Source: Verrucomicrobiia bacterium (GTDB taxonomy: Bacteria > Verrucomicrobiota > Verrucomicrobiia > Limisphaerales > UBA11358). Taken from it: a DNA stretch of 64,000 bases. Within the stretch, counting starts at the first letter, position 1. The number at the start of each line of letters is the position of its first letter. Positions 9,183-18,856 of the stretch are shown piece by piece. The translations under genes were made by a program, and so were the position numbers. The notes below the pieces were generated by a model. It was not told the origin of the DNA. It was given only the letters and a program-made list of their open reading frames with translations, and did not search any database. The stretch covers positions 12,473 through 76,472 of the forward strand of contig DATCEV010000055.1 in NCBI GenBank assembly GCA_036509895.1, given 5' to 3'.

Positions 9183-9200
9183 GTTGCGGCGCCGCAATTC

Positions 9201-10439
9201 TTAAACCAATTGCGGCTCTTCAATTTCTTTCGGCGGTTTGGCCAGCGGCGTGCCATCGGCGGCTTCGGGATATTCAAAAATTTTGCCTTCGTAATTGCGG
9301 ATGAGCACGCGACCCGCGTTGCGGCACAAAACATATTCGGGCGCGACCGGCACTTTGCCGCCGCCGCCGGGCGCGTCAATGACATAAGTCGGCACGGCGT
9401 AACCGGTCGTGTGGCCGCGCAATTTTTCCATGATCTCCAAACCGCGCTTGACGCTCGTGCGCAAATGCGCGGAGCCGGAAATCAAATCGCATTGATAAAT
9501 GTAATACGGCTTCACGCGGCACATCAAAAGTTTTTGCACGAGCGCTTTCATCACGTCGGCATCGTCGTTGACGTGCTTGAGCAAGACACTTTGATTGCCG
9601 AGCGGAATGCCGGCATCGGCCAGACGACCGAGCGCATCACGAACTTCCGTGGTCAATTCGCGCGGATGATTCGTGTGAACGCTGATGAACAGCGGATGAA
9701 AATTTTTCAGCATCGCGCACAGTTCGGGCGTGATGCGTTGCGGCAGAAAAATCGGAATGCGCGTGCCGATGCGCAAAAATTCCACGTGCGGAATCGCGCG
9801 CAGGCGGCTCAACAAATTTTCCAGTTTTTCATCGCTCAACAACAGCGGATCGCCGCCGCTCAAAAGCACGTCGCGGATTTCGGGATGTTGCGCGATGTAT
9901 TCGATTTGCCGGTCAAATTCGGGATGAAAATCGTAGCCGCTGGCGTTGCTCACGAGCCGTGAGCGCGTGCAGTAACGGCAATAACTCGCGCAACGATCCG
10001 TCACCAAAAATAAAACGCGGTCGGGATAGCGATGCACCAAGCCGGGCACGGGCGAATGCGAATCTTCGCCGCACGGATCGCTCATTTCCCAGGATGCGGT
10101 TTTTGTCTCGGCAATTTTCGGAATGACTTGCAAGCGAATCGGACAATTTTCGTCCGCCGGGTCAATCAGATTGAAAAAATAGGGCGTGATGGCGAGCGCG
10201 AGTTTGGTGTTCGCGAGTTTTGCGCCGGCAAATTCTTCCGGCGTGAGCGTGGGCAAAAAATTTTGCAATTGCTCGGCGTTCGTGATGCGATGTTTGAGTT
10301 GCCAGTGCCAGTCGTTCCAGTCTTTTTCCGAAACGTCGCGCCAGAAACCGCGGCCGGCGGAATGGAATTCTTTCAAGGATTGAAATCGAGGGGCTGGCGG
10401 CGGCTCCTTGCCGCTCGCAGAAAAATTGTCAGTCTGCAT
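9201..10439 (-). CDS. kamA: Lysine 2,3-aminomutase family radical SAM enzyme
   Basis: CASYCRYCTRS (CxxxCxxC), LLSGGDPL and GGGGK are KamA-family signatures. 412 aa. Confidence 0.85.
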   Translation of the reverse strand: MQTDNFSASGKEPPPAPRFQSLKEFHSAGRGFWRDVSEKDWNDWHWQLKHRITNAEQLQNFLPTLTPEEFAGAKLANTKLALAITPYFFNLIDPADENCPIRLQVIPKIAETKTASWEMSDPCGEDSHSPVPGLVHRYPDRVLFLVTDRCASYCRYCTRSRLVSNASGYDFHPEFDRQIEYIAQHPEIRDVLLSGGDPLLLSDEKLENLLSRLRAIPHVEFLRIGTRIPIFLPQRITPELCAMLKNFHPLFISVHTNHPRELTTEVRDALGRLADAGIPLGNQSVLLKHVNDDADVMKALVQKLLMCRVKPYYIYQCDLISGSAHLRTSVKRGLEIMEKLRGHTTGYAVPTYVIDAPGGGGKVPVAPEYVLCRNAGRVLIRNYEGKIFEYPEAADGTPLAKPPKEIEEPQLV

Positions 10440-10494
10440 TTTCTTTCACTATAAAATTGAATCGCGTTCTGTCAAGTTGGCCGCCGTGATCAGC

Positions 10495-11928
10495 TCAAAA
10501 TTTGATCGGTGTCAGGCTGGGCTGCGCGGATTTGTCCGGTTTAACGGTGGCTTCAAGGGTTCGCCGCCGCGCATCCAATTGATTTAATTTTTTTATCGTG
10601 TCGCGCGTGTTTATTTGCGCCAAGTTTGGCTGGGGATGTTTATTCACCACATAAGTCCGGGTCGTGTTCTGATTTTCTCCCAGATATTTTTCAAGGGCGC
10701 GCCGATAAGCATCGGTCAAAACGGCGAGCGGCGAAGCCATCTGAAACCCGGCCAGTTCGAGATCGCGCAGTTTGGTTTGAAGAATCGCGGCCTGCCGGTC
10801 CGAATCAAAATTGCGGATCACCGTTTGCAATGAAATTTCCGCATGAACGGGAAGCGCATTGGACGACAGGCGCATTTCGACGGGCACGCTCAAAATTTGA
10901 TCGAGCTTTTCGCGGCTCGCCGCCAAAGTCCAGCGCGGGCCGTGGTCGCGCGAAACAAAATCCACGACTTGCAGCGCCCACCATTTTTCCACGTCCAAGG
11001 CGCGCGAAAATTTTTCTTGAAAGGCGATTTGAAACGCCGTCTGCCAATTGTAATAGCGCGGCAGCGTTTGAAGCAGGGCGCGAAGTTTTGCCGGTCCATT
11101 TTTCAAGGCCAGCAATCGCGCGACGAAAACTTGCGCGCTGGCGCGATAGACGCCGCCGTCCGCTCCGGAAAGTTGCGCGCCGGTCGGCCAGCTCAACCGC
11201 TCAAAAGTCAGCGCGGGAAAAATTTTCAGGACGCGCCGCGCATCGGCGAGCGGATCAAGGCCGCGTTCAGTCAAGTCAAGCCGCCCCATCGGCAGGCCAT
11301 TCACGGTTTTTGCCGGCGACGACAAAATAATTTCCGATGAATCCGCCGCCAGCAATTGTTGAGCTAAACCGTCGGTGAGCCAATCGGGAATTTCCGCCGG
11401 GCGCGCGCCGGCCTGGCGATTGGCAAATTCGAGCAGCAGGACGCTGGTCAAGGCGCGGACATAACGTGTTCGTGTCAAAACGTCGGGCAACCGGACGAGA
11501 TAATCCCAGCCGCCGGCGGACGGTTTGGAAATAATCACGACATCTTCATCCAGCGCTCGCGCCGGATGCAACGCGAGAAAAATCTGGCCGCGCCACGGCA
11601 TGGAAGGATTGATGGCGAATTGCTCCCAAAGCGATTTTTTAAGCCGCTCGACCGAGACGGCCAGCAACGCCGGCTCCAGCCGGATATAATCGGCATTCGT
11701 GGCCACCACTGGAGAATTTGCGAACGGCGAATTTTCGCTGGAGCCGGTGATGATGAACTGGCCGGAAAGGCTGCGCACATTTTGTTCCGGCGCGAAAAAT
11801 TGGGCAGAGGCGTTCGTGAAAAAAACTGTCGCGCAAAGGACGATGGCCGCAGCGTTGAATCGCGAAACCGCTGAACTGTTGAAACCATTCAACCAACGAA
11901 CGATCAGGCGGTGGAGCAAACCGCTCAT
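10495..11928 (-). CDS. Hypothetical secreted protein
   Basis: 477 aa with an N-terminal hydrophobic signal-like segment. ATGA overlap with the upstream FmdB-like gene. No motif recognised. Confidence 0.6.
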   Translation of the reverse strand: MSGLLHRLIVRWLNGFNSSAVSRFNAAAIVLCATVFFTNASAQFFAPEQNVRSLSGQFIITGSSENSPFANSPVVATNADYIRLEPALLAVSVERLKKSLWEQFAINPSMPWRGQIFLALHPARALDEDVVIISKPSAGGWDYLVRLPDVLTRTRYVRALTSVLLLEFANRQAGARPAEIPDWLTDGLAQQLLAADSSEIILSSPAKTVNGLPMGRLDLTERGLDPLADARRVLKIFPALTFERLSWPTGAQLSGADGGVYRASAQVFVARLLALKNGPAKLRALLQTLPRYYNWQTAFQIAFQEKFSRALDVEKWWALQVVDFVSRDHGPRWTLAASREKLDQILSVPVEMRLSSNALPVHAEISLQTVIRNFDSDRQAAILQTKLRDLELAGFQMASPLAVLTDAYRRALEKYLGENQNTTRTYVVNKHPQPNLAQINTRDTIKKLNQLDARRRTLEATVKPDKSAQPSLTPIKF

Positions 11929-12248
11929 TTTTTTTCCGCTTTGGCGGCGGGTTTTGCCGGCGCCGGTTTTGTTTCCGTCTTGCCCGCAGGACTTTCAGTT
12001 TTCGCCGGCGCGGAATTTTTTTTGGCGGCGTCCGTGTAATTTTTGCTGCGATAATCGGTGATGTAAAAGCCGCTGCCTTTGAAGAGCAGCCCTGCGCCTG
12101 CGCCGATTTTTTTCTTCACGCGCCCGCGTCCCCATTTTTTTTGCGCGCAAAATTCCTGCGGACAAATTTTCAACGTCGGCGCAGACATGGAGCGGGACAT
12201 TTCAAATTCATGCCCGCACTTTTCGCAAATATATTCGTAGGTCGGCAT
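11925..12248 (-). CDS. FmdB-family zinc-ribbon protein
   Basis: MPTYEYICEKCGHEFE..KICPQEFC, a CxxC...CxxxC zinc ribbon, followed by a Lys/Ala/Pro-rich tail. Confidence 0.8.
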   Translation of the reverse strand: MPTYEYICEKCGHEFEMSRSMSAPTLKICPQEFCAQKKWGRGRVKKKIGAGAGLLFKGSGFYITDYRSKNYTDAAKKNSAPAKTESPAGKTETKPAPAKPAAKAEKK

Positions 12249-12284
12249 GAAAAAAATTGCGGGAACTTCTCCGCGAACGTTTCG

Positions 12285-13127
12285 TCAATGCGCCGGCGAA
12301 TTGGTCGCGGGCGGAATAACGTGAACGGATCCGTCCGAACCGACCTCGACGTTCAAATCATACGGCGAAGAACTGGTCGAGGCATTGGCGGGAACCGGCG
12401 CGTGCTGCACCAAAAGTTCGGCGCCTTTTACCGGCGTGCTGGGATTATACCCGGCGTTCATCCATTCCAGCCGCCGCGCTTCAAACAATTCATCGCGCAA
12501 TTTTTTGACTTGCGCGCGAACGGCTTGCAGGTTGTTGAACTGGCGTTCCAATTCCGCTTTTTGCGCCATCTGTTTTTGCAATTCCTCGGCCAGCAGCGCA
12601 TTGTTGGTTTGGGAAGAAGAAAGTTGCTGCATCGTCGCGGCGATTTGCGAATCCAGTTGCGCGATGCTGTTGGTCAACCTGGCCGCGCGGTCGTCCAACG
12701 CCTGATTTTGCGCCTCCAAATCGTTGATGCGATTGTTCAAGTTGGAGATTTCGTCCTGCGCGGTTTGCAGCGCCACTTTTGCCTGCGTGAGCGCGCCGGA
12801 AGATTCGGCAAGATTATTGGAAACGGTCACCAAAATTTGCCGGTTGGCGGCCAGGTCGTTGGTCAGCATCAAATTGACCTGGCGCAAATCGTCCAGATTC
12901 ACATTGGCGCTGGACAGTTCGTTGGAAAATTGAAGGATGGTGTCGCTGTTTTTTTTTACCTGGTCATCCACCGTTTTCTTCGTCGCAATCAAGGCAATGG
13001 CCAGGCCGACGCAAAATGCGGCGAGGATCACGATGCCAACTTTGAGTTTCATAAACTTCCGCAGGCCGCTGCCCGCATATTTTGAAAAATTGGCATCAGT
13101 CGTTGGTGTCGGAATCGCTGTCGGCAT
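12285..13127 (-). CDS. Membrane-anchored coiled-coil protein
   Basis: TM segment VGIVILAAFCVGLAIALIA, then long heptad-like Q/L/N-rich sequence. Alternative start at 13052. Confidence 0.55.
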   Translation of the reverse strand: MPTAIPTPTTDANFSKYAGSGLRKFMKLKVGIVILAAFCVGLAIALIATKKTVDDQVKKNSDTILQFSNELSSANVNLDDLRQVNLMLTNDLAANRQILVTVSNNLAESSGALTQAKVALQTAQDEISNLNNRINDLEAQNQALDDRAARLTNSIAQLDSQIAATMQQLSSSQTNNALLAEELQKQMAQKAELERQFNNLQAVRAQVKKLRDELFEARRLEWMNAGYNPSTPVKGAELLVQHAPVPANASTSSSPYDLNVEVGSDGSVHVIPPATNSPAH

Positions 13128-14286
13128 TTGTCGCCGCCGACATGGCCGCCGCTTCCGCAGCGTCGCTGGCGGCTTTCAAGTTCGCGTCCACGATCTGGAC
13201 GTCCGCCGTTTTTTTCAATTTGGCCAGATAGGCCGGCGCCAATTTTTCAGTTTTTTGCTGCAGCAAAAAGTCTTTGATTTTGTCGGCAACCGTCATGTCG
13301 GTCATCGGCACCTTGTCGGTCAACGCCAGTTTTTTGGCCGGAGTTTTGTCGAGCAATTGAACGATGTCATAACCCATTCCCATCGTGACCACGTCGCTGA
13401 TTTGGTTGGTGTTCAATGAAAATGCCGCGGCACTCAGTTCCGGCGGAATGCCTTGGGCGTCGCGCGGAAATTCGGGCAATTCGCCGCCATTTTCTTTGGA
13501 GCTGGAATCTTCGGAATACTGTTTGGCGAGCGTGGCAAAATCTTCGCCCGCCTTGATGCGTTTAAGCAAGTCCGTGATCTGTTTGTGCTTGGCGGCGACT
13601 TCATCGGCAGACAATGGCGCGTGCGTGACCGGGTCTATCGTCAAAAGCAAAATGTGGCGGACATGCGCCATTTCCGGTTCTTCAAAATCCGCCGAATGCG
13701 TGTTGTAAAAATTCGTGACCTCGGCGCCCGTCACGGTCACTCCCAATTCGCGGGTCAGGGTTGAAGTGGCCGTGGCTTCCTGTGAAACTTTGGCGCGCAA
13801 TTCCTCCGGCGTCATGCCGACCGCCTGGAGCTGGTGAATGAAATTTTCCGGCGAACCGGCGCGTTTTTGCAGCAAGGTGATTTGCTCATCGGCTTTCTTT
13901 TGACCTTCGGCGCGATCAGCGGCAGTCGCCTTTTGCAGCAAAAGTTGGATTTGAATCAGGCGATTAAGCATTTGAGCTTTGATGCCGGTCATTTGCTCCG
14001 GCGAAATCGTTTGGTTGTGCGCGGCGGCGGCGGAAGTGATGCCCGTGACTACTTGATCCAATTCGCTTTGCTTGATGGAAAAGCCATTGCCCTTCGCGAT
14101 CACCGGGTCGCCGAACAATGCGGTCATCGCCGCGTCGGGATTTGCATTGGTGTCCGGCGTCATGTCGGCAGTCGTCGCGTTCGCAGTTGGCGAGGCGATC
14201 AAATATGCGGCCAGCGCGGCGGCAAAAAATAGTTTCAATTTGGTTTTCATGTTTTCTTTGGATGGATTTCGTTGCAATCGGTTCAA
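13096..14286 (-). CDS. Parvulin-type peptidyl-prolyl isomerase (SurA/PpiC-like)
   Basis: Signal peptide plus a rotamase block, VRHILLLT..GEDFATLAKQYSEDSSSKENGGELPEF. Alternative start at 14250. Confidence 0.75.
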   Translation of the reverse strand: MNRLQRNPSKENMKTKLKLFFAAALAAYLIASPTANATTADMTPDTNANPDAAMTALFGDPVIAKGNGFSIKQSELDQVVTGITSAAAAHNQTISPEQMTGIKAQMLNRLIQIQLLLQKATAADRAEGQKKADEQITLLQKRAGSPENFIHQLQAVGMTPEELRAKVSQEATATSTLTRELGVTVTGAEVTNFYNTHSADFEEPEMAHVRHILLLTIDPVTHAPLSADEVAAKHKQITDLLKRIKAGEDFATLAKQYSEDSSSKENGGELPEFPRDAQGIPPELSAAAFSLNTNQISDVVTMGMGYDIVQLLDKTPAKKLALTDKVPMTDMTVADKIKDFLLQQKTEKLAPAYLAKLKKTADVQIVDANLKAASDAAEAAAMSAATNADSDSDTND

Positions 14287-14289
14287 TAA

Positions 14290-15888
14290 TTATAGCTTTA
14301 CCACTTTTACGTTGCTGATGTCAGCGTCTTTTTGAAGTTCTTCAAGGAGCGCGGGCGAAGGAGCGCTGTCCAGCGTCAAAACCGTGAGCGCGCTGCCGCC
14401 CGCAATGTCGCGCCCCAAACTCATGCTGGCGATGTTGATGTGATGCTTGCCCAAAAGCGTGCCAAGCTGGCCGACAATACCGGGACGATCTTTGTTGTTC
14501 AAAAATAAAAGCGTGCCGCTGACGGGAATTTCCACGGACGAACTGAACAAGCGCACGATGCGCGGATTGTTCGGCGAGCCGAAAAATGTTCCGCCCGCCG
14601 AAATCAATTTTTTCCCGTCGGCAAAAAGCTGCACATGAACCCATTCGTTGAACGTGACCGGCTCGTCCGATTTTTTTTCTTCAACCGTGATGCCGATGCT
14701 TTGCGCGACGGTGCGAACGTTCACGTTGTTCAAATCTTTCAAATTCCGGCTCGCCAAAAATCCTTGAAGAACCGCGCGCGTCACCGGATCAATATTCGGC
14801 AACAGCCGCGCATTGCCGCCGTAAGTGATGTAGATGCGGTCTGCATTTTCCGGCGAAAGTTGTGCGAGCAATTTTCCGAGCGCTTCGCCCAGCGGCAAAT
14901 ATGGTTTGACCTGCTCGTAAGTTTTCGCGTCGAGATACGGCAGATTCACCGCGTTGCGAACTTCGCCCGTGAGCAAATAACCCGCAATGACTTCCGCGAC
15001 TTCAATGCCGCATTTTTCCTGCGCTTCTTCCGTGCTCGCGCCGAGGTGCGGCGTGAGAATCAAATTCGGCTGCTTACGATACGGATGGTCGGCGGGCAAC
15101 GGTTCCACTGCAAAAACGTCCAGCGCGGCTCCGGCAACTTTGCCCGATTCAAGAGCGGCAATCAGATCGTTTTCCAAAATAATTTCGCCGCGCGCGCAAT
15201 TCACGATCTTCACGCCGGGCTTCATTTTCGCGAATGCGGCGGCGTTCAACATTTCTTTCGTCTCTTTCGTCACCGGCATGTGAACCGTGATGAAATCGGC
15301 TTCGCGATAAACATTGTCCACGCTCTCGGCAAATTCCGCGCCGATGGCTTTGGCGCGTTCTTCCGTCAAATACGGATCGTAGGCGATGACGCGCATTCCA
15401 AAGGCAATCGCGCGCTTGGCAACTTCCGTTCCAATCCGGCCCATGCCCAAAACGCCGAGCGTTTTTCCAGCGAGTTCGACGCCTTGAAAAAATTTTCGGT
15501 CCCATTTGCCGCCAACCATCGTCGCATGCGCCTGCGGCACTTTGCGCGCGAGCGAAAGAATCATGGCGAACGTCAGTTCCGCCGTCGTCACCGTGTTGCC
15601 GCCCGGCGTGTTCATCACCACCGTGCCGTGCTGCGTGGCGGCTTCGATGTCCACATTATCCACGCCAACGCCCGCGCGGCCGACGACGCGCAATTTCGGC
15701 GCGGCCTCGATGATTTTTTTGGTGACTTTCGTTTCAGAACGAACCACGAGCGCAACGGCGTCCGCGACAACGGGAATTAATTCCGCTTCCGGCAGACGTT
15801 TCGGCAAAACGACGACTTGAAATTCCGGGCGTTGCTGCAACAGCGCAATGCCCTTCGGCGAAATCGGATCACAAACGACAATTTTCAT
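14290..15888 (-). CDS. serA: D-3-phosphoglycerate dehydrogenase (long form with ASB and ACT domains)
   Basis: NAD-binding motif GVLGMGRIGTEVAKRA, catalytic region CARGE..LDVF and a C-terminal ACT-like domain. 532 aa. Confidence 0.9.
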   Translation of the reverse strand: MKIVVCDPISPKGIALLQQRPEFQVVVLPKRLPEAELIPVVADAVALVVRSETKVTKKIIEAAPKLRVVGRAGVGVDNVDIEAATQHGTVVMNTPGGNTVTTAELTFAMILSLARKVPQAHATMVGGKWDRKFFQGVELAGKTLGVLGMGRIGTEVAKRAIAFGMRVIAYDPYLTEERAKAIGAEFAESVDNVYREADFITVHMPVTKETKEMLNAAAFAKMKPGVKIVNCARGEIILENDLIAALESGKVAGAALDVFAVEPLPADHPYRKQPNLILTPHLGASTEEAQEKCGIEVAEVIAGYLLTGEVRNAVNLPYLDAKTYEQVKPYLPLGEALGKLLAQLSPENADRIYITYGGNARLLPNIDPVTRAVLQGFLASRNLKDLNNVNVRTVAQSIGITVEEKKSDEPVTFNEWVHVQLFADGKKLISAGGTFFGSPNNPRIVRLFSSSVEIPVSGTLLFLNNKDRPGIVGQLGTLLGKHHINIASMSLGRDIAGGSALTVLTLDSAPSPALLEELQKDADISNVKVVKL

Positions 15889-15993
15889 TTCAAAAAGGAG
15901 CGGGAGTGTAGGTCATGCGCGCGACGAGGTCAAATGGCGAATATGTAAAATTACTGTGCGTCCGGTGAAAATCCATTATCCTGCGCGGCGAAA

Positions 15994-17442
15994 ATGAGCA
16001 ACAAACTCCTATTGATTGACGATGAAGAAGACGTGCGGTATTCATTCCAGCGGATTTTTGATTCGCCGGAAATCGAATTCACCACCGCGTCCAGCGGCGA
16101 GGAGGGATTAAAAATTATTCCCAAGTTCAAGCCCGACCTCGTGCTCATGGACGTTCGCATGGGCGGCATGAACGGTTTGGAAACGCTCCGAAAAATTCGC
16201 GCCGCCAATCCCAAGCTGCTCGTCATCTTGATGACCGCCTACGGCACGACGCAGACGGCCATCGAGGCGATGAAGCTCGGCGCTTACGATTATTTGCTCA
16301 AGCCGTTTGACGCGGTGAAAATCAAGGAACTCGTCGGCAACGCGCTCAAGGCCGCGCGCGACATGAAACAAGTCGTCTCGTATCAGCCGCTGCTCGAATC
16401 CGAGGATTACGAACTCGGCATTGTCGGGCGCAGTCAGGCGATGCAACAGGTTTTCAAACTCATCGGGCAAGTCGCCGTGTCCAACGCCACCGCGCTCATC
16501 ACCGGCGAAAGCGGCACGGGAAAAGAATTGGTTGCCCGCGCCATTTATCATCACAGTGACCGAAATCAACAGCCGTTCCTCGCCGTCAACTGCGCCGCGA
16601 TTCCCGAGCAACTTCTGGAAAGCGAACTCTTCGGCCATGAAAAAGGCTCGTTCACCGGCGCGACGAACCAGCGCGTCGGAAAATTCGAGCAATGCAATAA
16701 AGGCACAATTTTCCTCGATGAGATCGGCGACATGACGCCCGCGACGCAGACAAAAATTCTGCGTGTTTTGCAAAGTGGAACTTTTGAGCGCGTCGGCGGA
16801 AATCAGCCGATCCAGGTGGATGTGCGCGTTATCGCCGCGACGAACAAGCCGCTCGAAGCCGCCGTCGCCGCGAAACAATTCCGCGAGGATTTGTTTTACC
16901 GCCTGAACGTCGTGCGGATTCCCATTCCGCCGTTGCGCGAACGTCCCAACGACATTCCGCTGCTCGTGAATTATTTTCTCGAAAAAAATGCGCGCGAACT
17001 GAAGCGCCCGCCGAAATCCGTCGCCGCCAGCGTCATCAAGACGCTCGAAAAATATCACTGGCCCGGCAACGTGCGCGAACTGGAGAACGCCATCCGCCGC
17101 GCGCACGTCATGGCCAAGAGCGACGCGATCCTGTTGAGCGATCTGCCGCCGGAAATTTCCGGTCAAAATAGTGGCACAGGCTTCCAGCCTGTTTCTTTGG
17201 ACACGCAGAGAAGCTTGTCCCAGACTGATGCCGCCGCGCTCGCGCGGCAACTGTTTCAATGGGCCAAACGCGATCCGAAATTGAAAGTAATTCCCGCCGT
17301 CGAGCGCGAACTCGTGATCCAGGCGCTCAAGGAAACGAACGACAACCAGGTTCACGCCGCGAAACTGCTCGGCATCACGCGCGCGACGCTGCGCAAACGC
17401 ATTGATAAATTCGGCATCCAGCGCGAGTTGAATGTGAAGTAA
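15994..17442 (+). CDS. Sigma-54-dependent response regulator (NtrC family: REC + AAA+ + Fis-type HTH)
   Basis: REC domain LLIDDEEDV..LVLMDVRM, Walker A GESGTGKE, GSFTGA loop and HTH AAKLLGITRATLRKRI. Confidence 0.9.
   Translation: MSNKLLLIDDEEDVRYSFQRIFDSPEIEFTTASSGEEGLKIIPKFKPDLVLMDVRMGGMNGLETLRKIRAANPKLLVILMTAYGTTQTAIEAMKLGAYDYLLKPFDAVKIKELVGNALKAARDMKQVVSYQPLLESEDYELGIVGRSQAMQQVFKLIGQVAVSNATALITGESGTGKELVARAIYHHSDRNQQPFLAVNCAAIPEQLLESELFGHEKGSFTGATNQRVGKFEQCNKGTIFLDEIGDMTPATQTKILRVLQSGTFERVGGNQPIQVDVRVIAATNKPLEAAVAAKQFREDLFYRLNVVRIPIPPLRERPNDIPLLVNYFLEKNARELKRPPKSVAASVIKTLEKYHWPGNVRELENAIRRAHVMAKSDAILLSDLPPEISGQNSGTGFQPVSLDTQRSLSQTDAAALARQLFQWAKRDPKLKVIPAVERELVIQALKETNDNQVHAAKLLGITRATLRKRIDKFGIQRELNVK
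17176..17192. repeat. Palindromic unit acaggcttccagcctgt (family E) inside the ntrC-like CDS
   Basis: 7-bp stem with a 3-nt loop, translated as TGFQPV in the AAA+/HTH linker. The same 26-nt core occurs at 19805-19830. Confidence 0.75.
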
Positions 17443-17458
17443 AAATTGAGCAGCAATT

Positions 17459-18280
17459 ATGTTCAAGTTTTTCACCGGTTTGTCAGATTGGGATCAAGCG
17501 GAAGTTATATCTCTTGCAATAGCGCTTTTCGCCACAATTTTTGGGCTTCGGTTAAAACACAAAAAGACAATCATTGTGGATGAAAATGGTTTAATTCCTG
17601 TTGCTTTATTTTTTAGAAAAAAAGAAGTGGCATCTAAAAAGGCAAAATACGAATTCTTTTGGGACATAGTTCTGATATTAGGACTATTTTCTGCAATACC
17701 CGTCGCTTGGCATAGAATGTCGGTAATTGCGAAATTAAATAATGAAAACTTGCGGCTCCAACTTAAATTGCAACCAAGAACGGTTAGTATCGAACAAATA
17801 ACAAATTTTGTGTATTTGACAGAAAAAATTACAAAAATTCCAATTAAGATTTGCCTTACACAAAATGGTGATACCCCAGAAACAGAAACATTTGCATTTC
17901 AAATTCGAGATATGCTGACAAAAGCTAACTTTGGAATAAATAGTGATGCAGGAATTTGGGACATTACGCGCGGAGAGCCCGACCTTTTTAGAAAAACAGA
18001 AAGACAAAAAGTGTGGCCAGATGTGCTTTTTGTTTTTTATAGCACCAACAATTGTAGCTCTCCACAACTTAATGATTTTGTCTTTGATGGAAATCTTTAC
18101 CAAGAAACAAACAGTGCTGGTGCGGCCCGAACAGGTTTTACAGGTAAAAATTCAAATGTGATATACGCCATTTTAATGAATGAATTCATTACAAATGGCA
18201 TAACTTCTCAATGGCTTCACAAAAATGAATTAGTAAAACCCGGCGAATGTGAAATTATTGTTCTTCCCAAAGATTATTGA
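17459..18280 (+). CDS. Orphan membrane protein in an AT-richer single-gene insertion
   Basis: 273 aa with two predicted TM helices and then a soluble domain. Composition is visibly AT-richer than both flanks (by eye). No motif recognised. Confidence 0.55.
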   Translation: MFKFFTGLSDWDQAEVISLAIALFATIFGLRLKHKKTIIVDENGLIPVALFFRKKEVASKKAKYEFFWDIVLILGLFSAIPVAWHRMSVIAKLNNENLRLQLKLQPRTVSIEQITNFVYLTEKITKIPIKICLTQNGDTPETETFAFQIRDMLTKANFGINSDAGIWDITRGEPDLFRKTERQKVWPDVLFVFYSTNNCSSPQLNDFVFDGNLYQETNSAGAARTGFTGKNSNVIYAILMNEFITNGITSQWLHKNELVKPGECEIIVLPKDY

Positions 18281-18328
18281 GCATTTCCATACAATAATTT
18301 TCGCACCTCGTATTAAATGTGAAACAAA

Positions 18329-18784
18329 TTAGTTTTGTTCCGACTCCGTCGTCACCGGCTCCGCGTCACCTTTCAATGCCGCCATCGCCGCGTGCCACGC
18401 CAGAATCGCGCACTTTACGCGCGCCGGATATTTGTGGACGCCCGCAAAAACTTTTAATTTTCCAACGTCACCCGAAACATTTCCGGTCATGACCATTTCG
18501 TGAACTTGTTCAAACATTTTTTCCACGTCCGTTTTCGTTTTGCCCTTCGCAAATTCCGTGAGCAGCGAAGCCGACGCCTTGGAGATGCAGCAACCCGAAC
18601 CGGTAAAACTCGCGTCCGAAATTTTTTCGCCGTCGAGCGCGAGAAAAAGCTTCAATTGATCGCCGCAAATCGGATTGCGCCCCTGCGCGGAACAGCTCGC
18701 CTGCGGCATTTCGTGGAAATTGCGCGGCTGCTTGCAGTGGTCAAGGATGACCTGCTGATAAAGATCGTTGATGTCGTCGAACAT
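18329..18784 (-). CDS. sufU: SufU/NifU-like Fe-S cluster assembly scaffold or sulfur acceptor
   Basis: LYQQVILDH, NPICGD, GSGCCISKASAS and VKCAILAW are SufU-type conserved Cys motifs. Confidence 0.8.
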   Translation of the reverse strand: MFDDINDLYQQVILDHCKQPRNFHEMPQASCSAQGRNPICGDQLKLFLALDGEKISDASFTGSGCCISKASASLLTEFAKGKTKTDVEKMFEQVHEMVMTGNVSGDVGKLKVFAGVHKYPARVKCAILAWHAAMAALKGDAEPVTTESEQN

Positions 18785-18797
18785 GAATTAAAATTGA

Positions 18798-18856
18798 CAC
18801 GGATTTCACCGATTAACACAGACAAAATAATCCGTGAAAATTTGTGCAATCCGCGC
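18798..18856. repeat. Family A-like palindromic element (cacggatt ... aatccgtg) in the sufD-sufU gap
   Basis: Sequence is cacggatttcaccgattaacacagacaaaataatccgtgaaaatttgtgcaatccgcg. It fills the intergenic space. Confidence 0.5.

Noticed and set aside
17171-17192. TGGCAC at 17172 as a sigma-54 -24 element next to the sigma-54 activator gene.
   Set aside because: No TTGC -12 element lies at the required spacing. The site is inside the coding sequence and belongs to the palindromic repeat.
16108-17475. Very long antisense ORFs: 455 aa opposite the ntrC-like gene. Similar cases are 1956..2888, 9144..9962, 12141..13085, 14635..15780, 18500..19510, 20876..21643, 31780..33102, 48243..49079 and 54987..55631.
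   Set aside because: In every case the opposite strand carries a protein with clear conserved motifs. The antisense products are R/F/G-rich and low in complexity. Their openness follows from the rarity of sense codons TTA, CTA and TCA, which would be stops in the mirror frame.
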